A stretch of DNA of 64,000 nt from an uncultured Clostridia bacterium. GTDB lineage: Bacteria; Bacillota; Clostridia; Lachnospirales; CAG-274. Positions 28,404 through 38,214 of the stretch are shown in pieces (positions within the stretch are counted from its first letter, which is position 1; the number at the start of each line of letters is the position of its first letter). The notes beneath the pieces are model-generated. The model was not told the origin of the DNA. It saw nothing but the letters and a program-made list of their open reading frames with translations, and ran no database searches. Both the position numbers and the translations under genes were made by a program. The DNA is taken from positions 11,826 through 75,825 of the forward strand of contig CANRPW010000006.1 in the NCBI GenBank assembly GCA_947632615.1, in the 5' to 3' direction.

Positions 28404-29579
28404 ATGAAAAAAATATTGCTTGTAAAATACGGAGAAATTGCCATAAGAGGCAAAAACCGCTGGATAATAGAAAATAAGCTGATAGGCATAATTGAAAGAA
28501 ATCTTGCCAAGCTGGGAAGATACAGCGTAAAAAAGGAGCAGGGTCGCTTTTTGGTAAGAGCCCTTGAGGGAGAAATGGACTACGACAAGGTAATACCCAC
28601 CGTAGTAAACATATTCGGCGTATTGGGAGTCTGCCCGGGCATAATGCTTGAAGACAACTCTATAGAAACTCTTTCCAAGGCGGCTCTTGAATATATGAAG
28701 GAACACTACCCCGAGGGCGGTGTTTCATTCAAGGTGACCGCAAGGCGCTCCGACAAAGACTATCCTCTCAACTCTCAGGAGATATCCGCAGAGGTAGGCG
28801 GCTATGTGTTCGAGGGCATGGGCAACCTGACCGTAGACGTGCACAACCCCGATGTAGAGCTGAGAGTAGAAATAAGAAACAGCGCCTATATTTATTCTAA
28901 GGTCATAAAGGGCTATGGCGGACTTCCCGTAGGCGAGAGCGGCAAGGCCACCGTACTTATGTCAGGGGGTATAGACAGCCCTGTTGCAGCGTGGCTCACG
29001 GCAAAGAGAGGCGTGGCAATAGAGGCGGTTTACTTCCATTCTCCCCCATATACCTCAGAAAGAGCAAAGGAGAAGGTGGTCGATCTTTGCAAGTGTATCA
29101 CAGCATACTGCGGCTCTATGAAGCTCTATGTTGTGCCGTTTACCGAGGCTCAGCTTCTTATATATGACAATGTGCCCCACGAAAGAATGACGATATTTCT
29201 TAAAAGAGCCATGCTGAGAACAGCGGCAATGATAGCCGACAAAAACGGTTCTCAGGCTTTGGTTTGCGGCGACTCTATAGGTCAGGTGGCAAGCCAGACA
29301 ATGCAGGCCATCAACGCCATAAACACAGCAGCGGGCAACTACCCTGTTTTAAGGCCTCTTTGCACCTACGACAAGCAGGAGATAATCGACATTGCAAGAA
29401 AAATAGGTACGTTCGATATCTCCATTCGCCCATATGAAGACTGCTGCACCATTTTTGTGGCAAAACACCCCGAAATACGCCCTAAGAGGCACATTATTGA
29501 AAAGAAGGAAAAGACTATCCCCGGTCTTACCGAAGCGCTTGCAAAGGCGGCGGAAGAAGCGGAGATAATAGAAATTTAA
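28404..29579 (+). CDS. thiI: tRNA 4-thiouridine synthase
   Basis: MKKILLVKYGEIAIRGKN (ferredoxin-like/THUMP N-terminus) and PP-loop LMSGGIDSPVA. ATG 28404 follows AAGGAG. Confidence 0.92.
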   Translation: MKKILLVKYGEIAIRGKNRWIIENKLIGIIERNLAKLGRYSVKKEQGRFLVRALEGEMDYDKVIPTVVNIFGVLGVCPGIMLEDNSIETLSKAALEYMKEHYPEGGVSFKVTARRSDKDYPLNSQEISAEVGGYVFEGMGNLTVDVHNPDVELRVEIRNSAYIYSKVIKGYGGLPVGESGKATVLMSGGIDSPVAAWLTAKRGVAIEAVYFHSPPYTSERAKEKVVDLCKCITAYCGSMKLYVVPFTEAQLLIYDNVPHERMTIFLKRAMLRTAAMIADKNGSQALVCGDSIGQVASQTMQAINAINTAAGNYPVLRPLCTYDKQEIIDIARKIGTFDISIRPYEDCCTIFVAKHPEIRPKRHIIEKKEKTIPGLTEALAKAAEEAEIIEI

Positions 29580-29588
29580 GGTGATAGT

Positions 29589-32500
29589 ATGAAGCTTAAT
29601 TTCGTGCTTGGAAAAAGCGGCAGCGGCAAAACAAGCTATTGCATAGACAAAATGCTTTGCGCTCCCCTGTCAAAAAAAATAATATATATAACACCCGAGC
29701 AATTTACGCTTGAGTCTGAAAAAAAGCTGACGGCTCTTAGAAGGTCACTCATAAATATAGATGTTGTCAGCTTTAACAGGCTGCGTTTTCATATGGCGGT
29801 GGATACGGGCAGCATAAGAAAGGAATTTCTTGACGACGAAAGCAAAAGCATGATATTAAGAAGGCTTATATGCGAGCTTGACCTTAAGGCGCTTAATATA
29901 AATGCCAACAGCCCCGGTGCTGTAGAGCGCATAGGCAGGGCAATAAGCGAATTTTACAGATTTGGCATAAGCTGTGATATGCTTAAGGGCAGAATTTCCG
30001 AAATAGAAGAAGAAAACAAGGGCTTCGGCGAAAAAATGAAGGACCTTCTTGCCATATACGAACGCTATGACAGCTTTATATCGGAAAAGTATATTTCTTC
30101 CGATCAACTTTTGGACTATATAGCCGACAAAATTAAGGAAAGCTCTCTTTTTGACGGCAGCCTTGTAGTTATAGACGGCTTCAACAGCTTCACCGCCCAG
30201 GAGTATAAGGTAATATCCGAAATTCTTGCATACGCCGAAGAAACCACCGTCACCCTGTGTATGGAAAAAGCAGTAGACAAGCTTGAAAGCGATGTGCTTT
30301 TAGACCCCTTCTACGAAACCAAAAAGGCGTATGTAAAAATACTGGGTCTTTTCAGAGAGCTTTTTCCCAAAGACGGAGAGGTAAAAAACATATATCCCGG
30401 CTTTGTGTCTAAAAGAAAAGCAGCTTTAGGACATTTGGAGAGAGAATTTTTTAATATAGAACCCGAAAAATACCAAGCCCCTGCTCCCGAAATAAAGGTT
30501 ATAGCCGGGGTAAACCCAAGAGCCGAGGTATCGGCAGTATGTGATGAGATCTGCCGACTTGCGGAAAACGGCGTGAGATATAGAGAAATGGCAGTCATAC
30601 TTTGTGACCCCTCATATCTTTCCATACTCAGAAGCGAGCTGAAAAAAAGAGGTGTACCCGACTTTACAGACGGAAGAACCCCTGTGGTGTCTCACCCCTG
30701 CGCCGTTTTTATGGTCTCTCTTGTAAATATGCTGGCATATAATCTGAACTCAGACTATGTTTTTACATTTTTAAAGACAGACCTTACAGATATAGACAAA
30801 GAGGACGTAATGCGCCTTGAAAAATACGCCGCCAAAAGAGGCGTCAGCGGCTATAGATGGGGCTATGAATTTAATGACGAACATTTGGAAAGCGTAAGGC
30901 AAAGATTTATGGAAATAATTGCCCCCATGTACGAAGCCTTTACACCTACAGGCAAATATACCGTGGAAGAGATAAGCCGAAAAATATTCGATGTAATAGA
31001 TGAAGCCCACTTTTACGATAAATATGAGCCCCTTACAAACGACCCCGATGACAAGGTATTGTCGTCAAGGTATAAACAGGTATGGGAGCAGACTATTGCT
31101 ACCTTTGATAAAATGGAAGAATTTTTAGGGGATCAGAAAGTAACTCTTGAAGAATACGGCGAAATTTTAAAAACAGGATTTGGCGGAAAATCTGTAGCCA
31201 CCATACCTCTTTACGGAGACAACATAATAATAGGCGACATAGAAAGAAGCCGTCTGCCCGAGATAAAGGCTATGTTTGTTTTAGGCGCAATAAGAGGAAG
31301 CCTGCCGAGAAGGTTTGACGACGATGGGCTTATAAGTGATGCGGAAAGAGAGCTTATGAAGGCAAAGGGCTTAGAGCTTGCAGCAGGCAGCGACGAGATG
31401 TTATCACTTGAATATCTCAAAATATATCAGATATTCACAAAGCCCACCGACTATCTTATGATAAGCTATCCCATAGGCACAAACTCGGGAGAAAAGCTCG
31501 AAAAATCAGAAATAGCCGATAAAATAGAAAAAATGTTTTCTATCACACCTAAGGTATATGCCGAAAAAATTTACTCTCCTAAATGCACTGAGCCCTTTAT
31601 GCCAAAGAATTCTATCTCCGAAGAACTGACAAGGAAGATATATAAAGACGAGCTCACCCTTTCAAGCTCCCGCCTTGACAGATATGTAAAATGCCCGTTT
31701 TCATACTATCTCAAGTATGTTTTACAGCTTCAGGAGGAAAAAAACTTTGAAATAAACAGCCTTGACAAGGGCAATGTAATGCACAGCATTATGGAAAAAT
31801 TTTTCAAGGAACAGGATGATATTGAAAACCTTACAGACGAAGAAATAAGCCGCAAGGTGGGCGAAATGATGCCTCAAATTCTGGAAGATACTATTCCCAA
31901 TATATTTGGAGATGAAAAAAAGCTTCCTGAAAATATGCTTAAGCTAAAATATTTTTGCCGTGTTATGGAAAAAACAGCAGAAAAATCTCTTAGGGCAAAC
32001 ATCGACCAGCTTACAAACAGCAGCTTTTTGCCTGCGGAATTTGAAGTGAGCTTTGGAAACAAGCCGGGTGATATGTTTTCCGCAATAGACCTTGGCAGCG
32101 GTATAAAGCTTGCAGGAAAGATCGACAGGGTAGACCTCTTTGAGCACGACAACAAAATATATGTAAAAATAACCGACTATAAATCCTCTGTGCAGACCAT
32201 TGACTTTACGGAGATATACAACGGACTGAAGCTTCAGATGATATTATATTTAAAGGCATACATATCCGAAAGGCAAAAGAAGGAAGATAAAAAAACCGTG
32301 ACCCCGTCGGGACTTATGTATTTTGCATTTCAAAATCCTTTGACAGATGAAGACAAGGTGGGCAGCGAAAACATTAAAAATCATATAAAAGACAGCTTTC
32401 GCCCCGTAGGCATAGTTTCTGAAAATGAAGAAAACCTGAAGGCGCTTGAAAATAAAAACGACAAGTCATATTTTAAAAATTTGGAATGTGTATCAGAAGA

Positions 32501-32702
32501 CTTTCTTAATTCTCTAATGGACAAAGGCATGAAAAAAGCGGAAGCGATAGGTAATGACATACGCCAAGGCAAGTTTCCTGCTATGCCGTATTTATATAAA
32601 TCCCAATACGGCTGTGACTACTGTCCCTACGAAGGAATTTGTAAGATCGATATAGACAGATCAAAAAGAAAAATATTCAAAAAAGAAGAAAGCGAAAAGT
32701 AA
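29589..32702 (+). CDS. addB: ATP-dependent helicase/nuclease subunit B (AddB/RexB)
   Basis: 1037 aa with an N-terminal P-loop GKSGSGKT, a C-terminal PD-(D/E)XK region (GKIDRVD...ITDYKSS) and terminal Cys cluster CDYCPYEGIC. Confidence 0.88.
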   Translation: MKLNFVLGKSGSGKTSYCIDKMLCAPLSKKIIYITPEQFTLESEKKLTALRRSLINIDVVSFNRLRFHMAVDTGSIRKEFLDDESKSMILRRLICELDLKALNINANSPGAVERIGRAISEFYRFGISCDMLKGRISEIEEENKGFGEKMKDLLAIYERYDSFISEKYISSDQLLDYIADKIKESSLFDGSLVVIDGFNSFTAQEYKVISEILAYAEETTVTLCMEKAVDKLESDVLLDPFYETKKAYVKILGLFRELFPKDGEVKNIYPGFVSKRKAALGHLEREFFNIEPEKYQAPAPEIKVIAGVNPRAEVSAVCDEICRLAENGVRYREMAVILCDPSYLSILRSELKKRGVPDFTDGRTPVVSHPCAVFMVSLVNMLAYNLNSDYVFTFLKTDLTDIDKEDVMRLEKYAAKRGVSGYRWGYEFNDEHLESVRQRFMEIIAPMYEAFTPTGKYTVEEISRKIFDVIDEAHFYDKYEPLTNDPDDKVLSSRYKQVWEQTIATFDKMEEFLGDQKVTLEEYGEILKTGFGGKSVATIPLYGDNIIIGDIERSRLPEIKAMFVLGAIRGSLPRRFDDDGLISDAERELMKAKGLELAAGSDEMLSLEYLKIYQIFTKPTDYLMISYPIGTNSGEKLEKSEIADKIEKMFSITPKVYAEKIYSPKCTEPFMPKNSISEELTRKIYKDELTLSSSRLDRYVKCPFSYYLKYVLQLQEEKNFEINSLDKGNVMHSIMEKFFKEQDDIENLTDEEISRKVGEMMPQILEDTIPNIFGDEKKLPENMLKLKYFCRVMEKTAEKSLRANIDQLTNSSFLPAEFEVSFGNKPGDMFSAIDLGSGIKLAGKIDRVDLFEHDNKIYVKITDYKSSVQTIDFTEIYNGLKLQMILYLKAYISERQKKEDKKTVTPSGLMYFAFQNPLTDEDKVGSENIKNHIKDSFRPVGIVSENEENLKALENKNDKSYFKNLECVSEDFLNSLMDKGMKKAEAIGNDIRQGKFPAMPYLYKSQYGCDYCPYEGICKIDIDRSKRKIFKKEESEK

Positions 32703-32708
32703 TTCCAC

Positions 32709-33180
32709 ACGCCCATCAAATCACCACAGGTAATTTGATGGGCGTATGGCGCGGGCGAGGGGAAAATGGGGGCGGGCAAGCCCGCCCCCATTTTCCCCTC
32801 GCCCGCGCTCTGCGCCGGGACGGGGTGAATGAAGCGAGGATGAGGGCTGCTGCGCAGCCCTCATCCTCGCTTCATTCACCCCGTCCCGGCGCAGAGACAG
32901 CCAAACCGTCTGCGACGGTTTGGCTGTCGAGGCAATATAGCGCCTTCAACTCTTCAAATCACCTTCGGTGATTTGAAGAGTTGAAGGCACTGCGCGCGCG
33001 AGGAGAAAGCGGGGGACGGGCAAGCCCGTCCCCCGCTTTCTCCTCGCGCGCGCAGTGCATCGGGGCTGGGGCGAACGAACCGAGGGGAAGGACAGCTGCG
33101 CTGTCCTTCCCCTCGGTTCGTTCGCCCCAGCCCCGATGCCTCGACTCCCGAACCGTCTACGACGGTTCGGGAGTCGAGGC
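32709..33180. repeat. GC-rich hairpin array A5 (8 abutting hairpins, about 470 bp) between convergent addB and a stalk-domain gene
   Basis: 32709-32745 (13 bp); 32749-32777/32780-32808 (29 bp); 32810-32850/32854-32894 (41 bp, loop tgc); 32896-32910/32914-32928 (15 bp, tgc); 32942-32963/32967-32988 (22 bp, ttc); 32989-33021/33024-33056 (33 bp); 33057-33096/33100-33139 (40 bp, tgc); 33139-33157/33161-33179 (19 bp, tac). All stems are perfect by hand check. Confidence 0.92.
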
Positions 33181-33185
33181 GTCCT

Positions 33186-34532
33186 TTAAAATATTATCTG
33201 AACTGTACGAGAATTTCCATCATAGGTTATATTTTCGGAAGCAATATCAAAAGCATTGCATACATCTCTTACGGGAATATACATCATAGAATTATAAGCA
33301 TTTGCCGGAGTTGATACCGGTATTTTGACTCCGTTTGAGATCAGTATATCGCTGCCCTGCTGTATAGAGATTTCCTTTTCACCCTTTTTAAGAACAGCCG
33401 TCTTTGCAGCACTGTCATAGCTTATATTTTCATCTGTTATTCCTATAGCATTGGCAAGAGCTCTTAAAGGTAAAAGTGTTCTGTCATTTACTATTATACA
33501 GGGCGCGCCTGTCTTAACAGTTTCTCCGTTAAGGGTGTATGAAGCGCTGCCCACGGTAAATTTAAGTACATTCTCATCATCCGCCGTATTTTCACTGCTG
33601 TTTGTTTCGGCTGTTAAAGCACTGTCTTCATTTAAAGCTACACCGGCATCAAAATATTTGTGAGCCTCATAGCTTCTTTTAGCCTGTTCTCCCTCATTTG
33701 TGGTATATTTTGTCTCAGCATTTGCCGAAACATAAAACTTCGGCACAACTCCCTTAGCTTTGTTGTTTTTTATCATTTTAAGCCCGGAGATCTTTATGTT
33801 GCCCATTTCGGCATTAGTTTCTCCGTCAAGCTTTATAGTAAAGGTCTTGCTTCCGATGGCTTCTACGGTCAATTTGTCCTCATACTTGCCCTCGCCCACA
33901 ACAACGGGAGAGCCTGCAAAGTCAAAGCCATTGTCAGCAAGAGTTATTTTAAATTCTGTTTTGTCAGGGCTTAAGGCAAAGCTTGTCTTATCCCTTATCA
34001 CAATATCAGAAAGCTCAGAAATACCGCTTTTATATATAGCTGCATTTTCATCATAGTCTATAGTGAAATATCCTGCCAGGTTGCTTGCAAACAGGAAGGT
34101 TGCATCATCCATATATGTGGGTGTTTCCGTTATATTAATATAAACAAGCCCGTCAGAAAAATTTTTCGCATAAAGCGGCAAAGCTATATCTATATTATTT
34201 TCTTTAAACATGGTTTTAAAATAATCGTAAGTAAATTTCACCTGAATATCATTTTTTGACGTTTCGGTTATTTGAATATTTTTATCTATGCTTGACATTT
34301 TGCCGATATCCCATTCCGCTCCGTCAAGAACCATGTGAAAAGCAAGGTCGCTTGTAGACTGACCTTTTACGTTTAATAAAAGCTGGGGCACATCTCCCTT
34401 TGCCTTTCCCAAATTCATATCATAATATGCGCCTTTAAGCTCTGCAGTGCAACCATTTCTTGCAGCAAACACACTGCCTGCCTGTAAAACAACTGCCACC
34501 ACGAGTATAAGTGTAAAAATATACTTTTTCAT
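33186..34532 (-). CDS. Secreted protein with two C-terminal stalk (copper-amine-oxidase-N-like) repeats
   Basis: ATG 34532 follows the GAGGAGG RBS. Signal peptide MKKYIFTLILVVAVVLQAGSVFA. The C-terminus has IIVNDRTLLPLRALANAIG and MMYIPVRDVCNAFD. Confidence 0.65.
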   Translation of the reverse strand: MKKYIFTLILVVAVVLQAGSVFAARNGCTAELKGAYYDMNLGKAKGDVPQLLLNVKGQSTSDLAFHMVLDGAEWDIGKMSSIDKNIQITETSKNDIQVKFTYDYFKTMFKENNIDIALPLYAKNFSDGLVYINITETPTYMDDATFLFASNLAGYFTIDYDENAAIYKSGISELSDIVIRDKTSFALSPDKTEFKITLADNGFDFAGSPVVVGEGKYEDKLTVEAIGSKTFTIKLDGETNAEMGNIKISGLKMIKNNKAKGVVPKFYVSANAETKYTTNEGEQAKRSYEAHKYFDAGVALNEDSALTAETNSSENTADDENVLKFTVGSASYTLNGETVKTGAPCIIVNDRTLLPLRALANAIGITDENISYDSAAKTAVLKKGEKEISIQQGSDILISNGVKIPVSTPANAYNSMMYIPVRDVCNAFDIASENITYDGNSRTVQIIF

Positions 34533-34741
34533 TTTAAAAAACCTCCTCAAAACAAAATCCAACAAAACTATAATAACACATTTCAAAAAAAATGTATAGT
34601 ATCAATATAAATTATTCGCCTTAAATACTCATTTTTTGACCCAAAACCCCTCAACAAATGAAAATATTTATTGCTTTTTGTTTTATAGGATATTAAAATT
34701 AACATATAGGCGTTTTTACAAATAACAAGGAGATAAATTTT

Positions 34742-35998
34742 ATGAAAGAAACAAAATTATTCTGGGTTCTTCTGTGCTGTGTATTCTTTTTTTCCATAAG
34801 TGTATTTGCCTTAGATATGTACAGCAATAAAGGGCAGGAGCTTCTGGCAGAGATAAGCCCCGCATCTACCACCCAAGAGGAAACCACGGAAGGGACTACC
34901 GAGCCGGTCATACATACTGCCAAAATAGCAGTGACGGGCGATCTTATGGTGCACAGCTATCAATATAATGAGGCATATAACAGTGAAACGGGCAAGTACG
35001 ATTTCAGCCACAATTTTCAAGACGTTAAAAAATATTTTGACAAAGCCGACTATGTTATGGGCAACCTTGAGACCGTTTTTGGCGGAGAAGAAATAGGCAT
35101 ATCAGACTTTCCCAATTTCAACACTCCCGACAGCTTTCTTGATGCTGTGAAGGATGCCGGCTTCGATTATGTCACTACGGCAAACAACCACTGTGTCGAT
35201 CGGGGCACAGACAGCCTTATAAGAACCATACGAAAGCTGGACGAACTGGGTATCGACCATACGGGCACATATTCTGCCAAGGAGTGGAGAGATGGCATAT
35301 TTACAAAAAACATAAACGGCATAACCTTTGCCATTCTTTCATACACCTACGGCACAAACGGCATGCCCTACGCCGAAGACTACAACGTAAACATTATAAG
35401 CGAAGACCTTATAAGAAATGATATAGCAAAGGCAAAATCATATAACCCCGATTTTATAGTTGTTCTTCCTCATATGGGAAATGAGTATGAAGAATATCCG
35501 AACGACACCTTTAAAAACTGGGTAAACATAATGTTTGATGCAGGGGCAGACATTATTCTTGCAAGCCATCCTCATGTGCTCCAGCCTATGGAAATGCGCA
35601 CTCTCACAAAGGACGACGGCTCCAGTCGCACAGGCTTTGTAATATATTCACTGGGAAACTTTATTTCCTCTCAGACCACCCCTCCAAGAAATGCAGGGCT
35701 TATACTCAACCTTTCCTTTGAAAAGAAGGGCGATGAAAAGGCAGAAATAACAGAAGTCTCATACATACCCGTGTGGACGCAATTCCGAAATGCGCAGGGA
35801 CAAAATCGTTTTGTGGTAAGAAGTGTTTATGATATGCTCACCCTCCCCGAGGATCAGATTAAAGCCACCCTTCGCCCTCAGGATGTAGAACGCCTTAAAG
35901 AAATTCATTATCAGACCACAGGCATATACAGCGATACAGAAATCCCCTTGGAAAACATACAGGATGAATATGTATTTTACAAAAAACAGACCCCGTAA
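34742..35998 (+). CDS. CapA/PgsA-family metallophosphatase-like protein (poly-gamma-glutamate synthesis family)
   Basis: IAVTGDLMVH, GNLETVF, TANNHCVDRG, PHMGNEY and LASHPHVLQP, the CapA family motif series. It has an N-terminal signal or anchor. Confidence 0.75.
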   Translation: MKETKLFWVLLCCVFFFSISVFALDMYSNKGQELLAEISPASTTQEETTEGTTEPVIHTAKIAVTGDLMVHSYQYNEAYNSETGKYDFSHNFQDVKKYFDKADYVMGNLETVFGGEEIGISDFPNFNTPDSFLDAVKDAGFDYVTTANNHCVDRGTDSLIRTIRKLDELGIDHTGTYSAKEWRDGIFTKNINGITFAILSYTYGTNGMPYAEDYNVNIISEDLIRNDIAKAKSYNPDFIVVLPHMGNEYEEYPNDTFKNWVNIMFDAGADIILASHPHVLQPMEMRTLTKDDGSSRTGFVIYSLGNFISSQTTPPRNAGLILNLSFEKKGDEKAEITEVSYIPVWTQFRNAQGQNRFVVRSVYDMLTLPEDQIKATLRPQDVERLKEIHYQTTGIYSDTEIPLENIQDEYVFYKKQTP

Positions 35999-36130
35999 AC
36001 ACACTGCAAAGACTCAGTCTATACATTTTTCTCACATCCGATAAATCCTCAAATAAGGCTTTTAATTTTCTCCGAAATAGTGTATAATCATTATAATAGG
36101 TAATTTTGAGCATTATTTGGGGGTTTTGTT

Positions 36131-36892
36131 GTGCAATCGGTTGGAGAGATCACTTCTTTATTAAAAAGCATACCAGATGAAGATATACCTCATATTGTAG
36201 AGCAGTATAAAAGCGACCCGAGAAAATCGGTCTTAAAGCAGGTAGAGGCGGCTCTTAAAAGGTATAAAAAATATACCGAAGAGCTTGATAGGCTTGAAGC
36301 TATCTCTCAATTTGAAAATCGCTGCTTAAGTGTGGGTGCAAAATATATAGCAGGCGTTGACGAAGTGGGCAGAGGACCTCTTGCAGGACCTGTGGTCACT
36401 GCAGCCGTTATATTAAAACCCGGCTGGAAGATGCCGGGCATAAACGACTCTAAAAAGCTGAGTGAAAAGAAGCGTGAGGAGCTTTATGAAATAATAACTA
36501 AAGAAGCCTTAGCCTACAGCATAACAATGGAAGACAATTCGGTAATAGACGATATTAACATACTCAATGCCACCCTTAAGGCAATGAAAGCAGCAGTGGA
36601 GGGCTTAAATATAAAACCTGATGTTGTGCTTGTGGATGCTGTCACCATACCTGATATCGATATAAAGCAACAAGGCATTATAAAGGGCGACGAAAAAAGC
36701 ATATCTATAGCTGCGGCAAGCATAATAGCCAAGGTAACAAGAGACAGGCTTATGACAGAAATGTCAAAGCTATATCCCGAATATGATTTTGCAAGTAACA
36801 AAGGCTACGGCACAAAAGCGCACATTGAGGCGCTGAAGGTAAATGGCTTATGTCCCATACATAGGCGCAGCTTTACGAAAGGCATTTTATGA
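36131..36892 (+). CDS. rnhB: Ribonuclease HII
   Basis: GVDEVGRGPLAGPVV, DSKKLS and VDA... motifs. GTG start. 253 aa with an N-terminal extension. Confidence 0.88.
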   Translation: MQSVGEITSLLKSIPDEDIPHIVEQYKSDPRKSVLKQVEAALKRYKKYTEELDRLEAISQFENRCLSVGAKYIAGVDEVGRGPLAGPVVTAAVILKPGWKMPGINDSKKLSEKKREELYEIITKEALAYSITMEDNSVIDDINILNATLKAMKAAVEGLNIKPDVVLVDAVTIPDIDIKQQGIIKGDEKSISIAAASIIAKVTRDRLMTEMSKLYPEYDFASNKGYGTKAHIEALKVNGLCPIHRRSFTKGIL

Positions 36893-37245
36893 ACAGAAGG
36901 ACAAGAGGCAATATAGGCGAAGAAATAGCCTGCAGATATCTCATAAAGCAGGGCTGCGAAATAGTCGCACGAAACTATACGGGCAGCCGCGGTGAAATAG
37001 ACATTATATGTAAGGATGGCGACTGTCTTGTTTTCGTCGAGGTCAAAGCAAGAACGACCCTCTATGTAGACTATGGCTGGCAGGCAGTGACTAAAGCCAA
37101 ACAAAACCGTATAATAAACACGGCAAAGGAATATATCATCAAAAATTCCCTTAGCTTTCAGACCCCTATGCGCTTTGACGTTATAGATGTTTTTGAAGGC
37201 GAAATAACCCATTATAAAAACGCTTTTACGGCAGGTGGATATTGA
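36889..37245 (+). CDS. yraN: YraN-family endonuclease (UPF0102)
   Basis: 118 aa with GEIDIICKDGDCLVFVEVKAR, typical of YraN. rnhB-yraN synteny is common in Firmicutes. Confidence 0.85.
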   Translation: MNRRTRGNIGEEIACRYLIKQGCEIVARNYTGSRGEIDIICKDGDCLVFVEVKARTTLYVDYGWQAVTKAKQNRIINTAKEYIIKNSLSFQTPMRFDVIDVFEGEITHYKNAFTAGGY

Positions 37246-38052
37246 TTGAAAAAAATAGTCAAAAACGATCTTATATATTTTGTATTTGAAAGCTTTGAAA
37301 AAACAGGTCTTGTAAGACATTGTTTTTCAAGCAGAAAAGGCGGAGTTTCCGAAGGCTGCTACGAGTCCCTTAACCTGAGCTTCAGAGAAGATAAGCCCGA
37401 AAACGTGGTCAAAAACTACCAAATACTGTGCGATGCCATAGGCAGCGACTACAGAAATACGGTGTTTTCCGACCAAGTCCACAGAGATGACATATATGAC
37501 GTAACTCTTGCCGACAGAGGAAAGGGTCTTATTACCCCACGGGAAATAACCGAGAAGGACGGGCTTATGACAAACATACCGGGAATAGTTTTGGTCACAT
37601 TTTATGCTGACTGCACACCCCTCTATTTTTTAGATCCCATTAAAAAGGTAATTGCCTTAAGCCATTCGGGCTGGAGAGGTACCGTGCTTGGCATAGGAGC
37701 AAAAACAGTGCACAAAATGGTAAGCGACTACGGCTGCCGAACAGACGACATATTATGCGGAATTGGTCCTTGTATAGGCAAGTGCTGCTATCAGGTGGAC
37801 GAGAAAGTGGCGGGCGATTTTGGTCGAAGGTACGCCTTCGCCAAAGAGCATATTTCCCCGGATGAAGAAAGGGGCAAGTATTTACTTGACCTCAAAGGTA
37901 TGAACAAAGACATACTTATAAGTGCAGGCATACGCCCTGAAAATATAGAAATATCCGATCTATGCACGAAGTGCGAGAGCGATCTTCTCTTTTCTCACAG
38001 AGTTATGGGAAGTCAAAGAGGCAGCTTAGCCGCACTTATGGAGCTGATATAA
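37246..38052 (+). CDS. pgeF: Peptidoglycan editing factor PgeF (YfiH / laccase-domain protein)
   Basis: FSSRKGGVS..., QVH, ADCTP and SHSGWRG motifs of the YfiH/DUF152 family. TTG start. Confidence 0.85.
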   Translation: MKKIVKNDLIYFVFESFEKTGLVRHCFSSRKGGVSEGCYESLNLSFREDKPENVVKNYQILCDAIGSDYRNTVFSDQVHRDDIYDVTLADRGKGLITPREITEKDGLMTNIPGIVLVTFYADCTPLYFLDPIKKVIALSHSGWRGTVLGIGAKTVHKMVSDYGCRTDDILCGIGPCIGKCCYQVDEKVAGDFGRRYAFAKEHISPDEERGKYLLDLKGMNKDILISAGIRPENIEISDLCTKCESDLLFSHRVMGSQRGSLAALMELI

Positions 38053-38075
38053 TAAAAAATATAAACTGACAAAGT

Positions 38076-38185
38076 GCCGGGTTGGCGGGGCGAGATGGGG
38101 CGGCGCAGCCGCCCCATCTCGCCCCGCCCCGGCGCCGGTTTCTGTCAACAGCTTTCCGTAGGAAAGCTGTTGACAGAAACCGGCG
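38076..38185. repeat. GC-rich hairpin array A6 (2 hairpins) between co-directional pgeF and der
   Basis: 38076-38133 (26 bp plus a 3-nt bulge gtt, loop gca); 38133-38157/38161-38185 (25 bp perfect, loop gta). Only 29 nt separate the array from the der ATG. Confidence 0.9.
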
Positions 38186-38214
38186 GCAAACCTTATTTGA
38201 ACGGAGGAAAAATC

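Noticed and set aside
38170-38198. Annotating a der promoter inside the right arm of the 38161-38185 hairpin as a feature.
   Set aside because: The -35 is perfect, but the best -10 (ttattt/tatttg) is poor. I kept it only as a hypothesis within a finding.
38074-38214. N-terminal extensions of der (from 38074) and of the GH43 gene (from 41260) given in the ORF track.
   Set aside because: The extensions translate the hairpin arrays. Canonical Met starts with strong RBSs (38215 and 41416) coincide with the conserved N-termini of both families.
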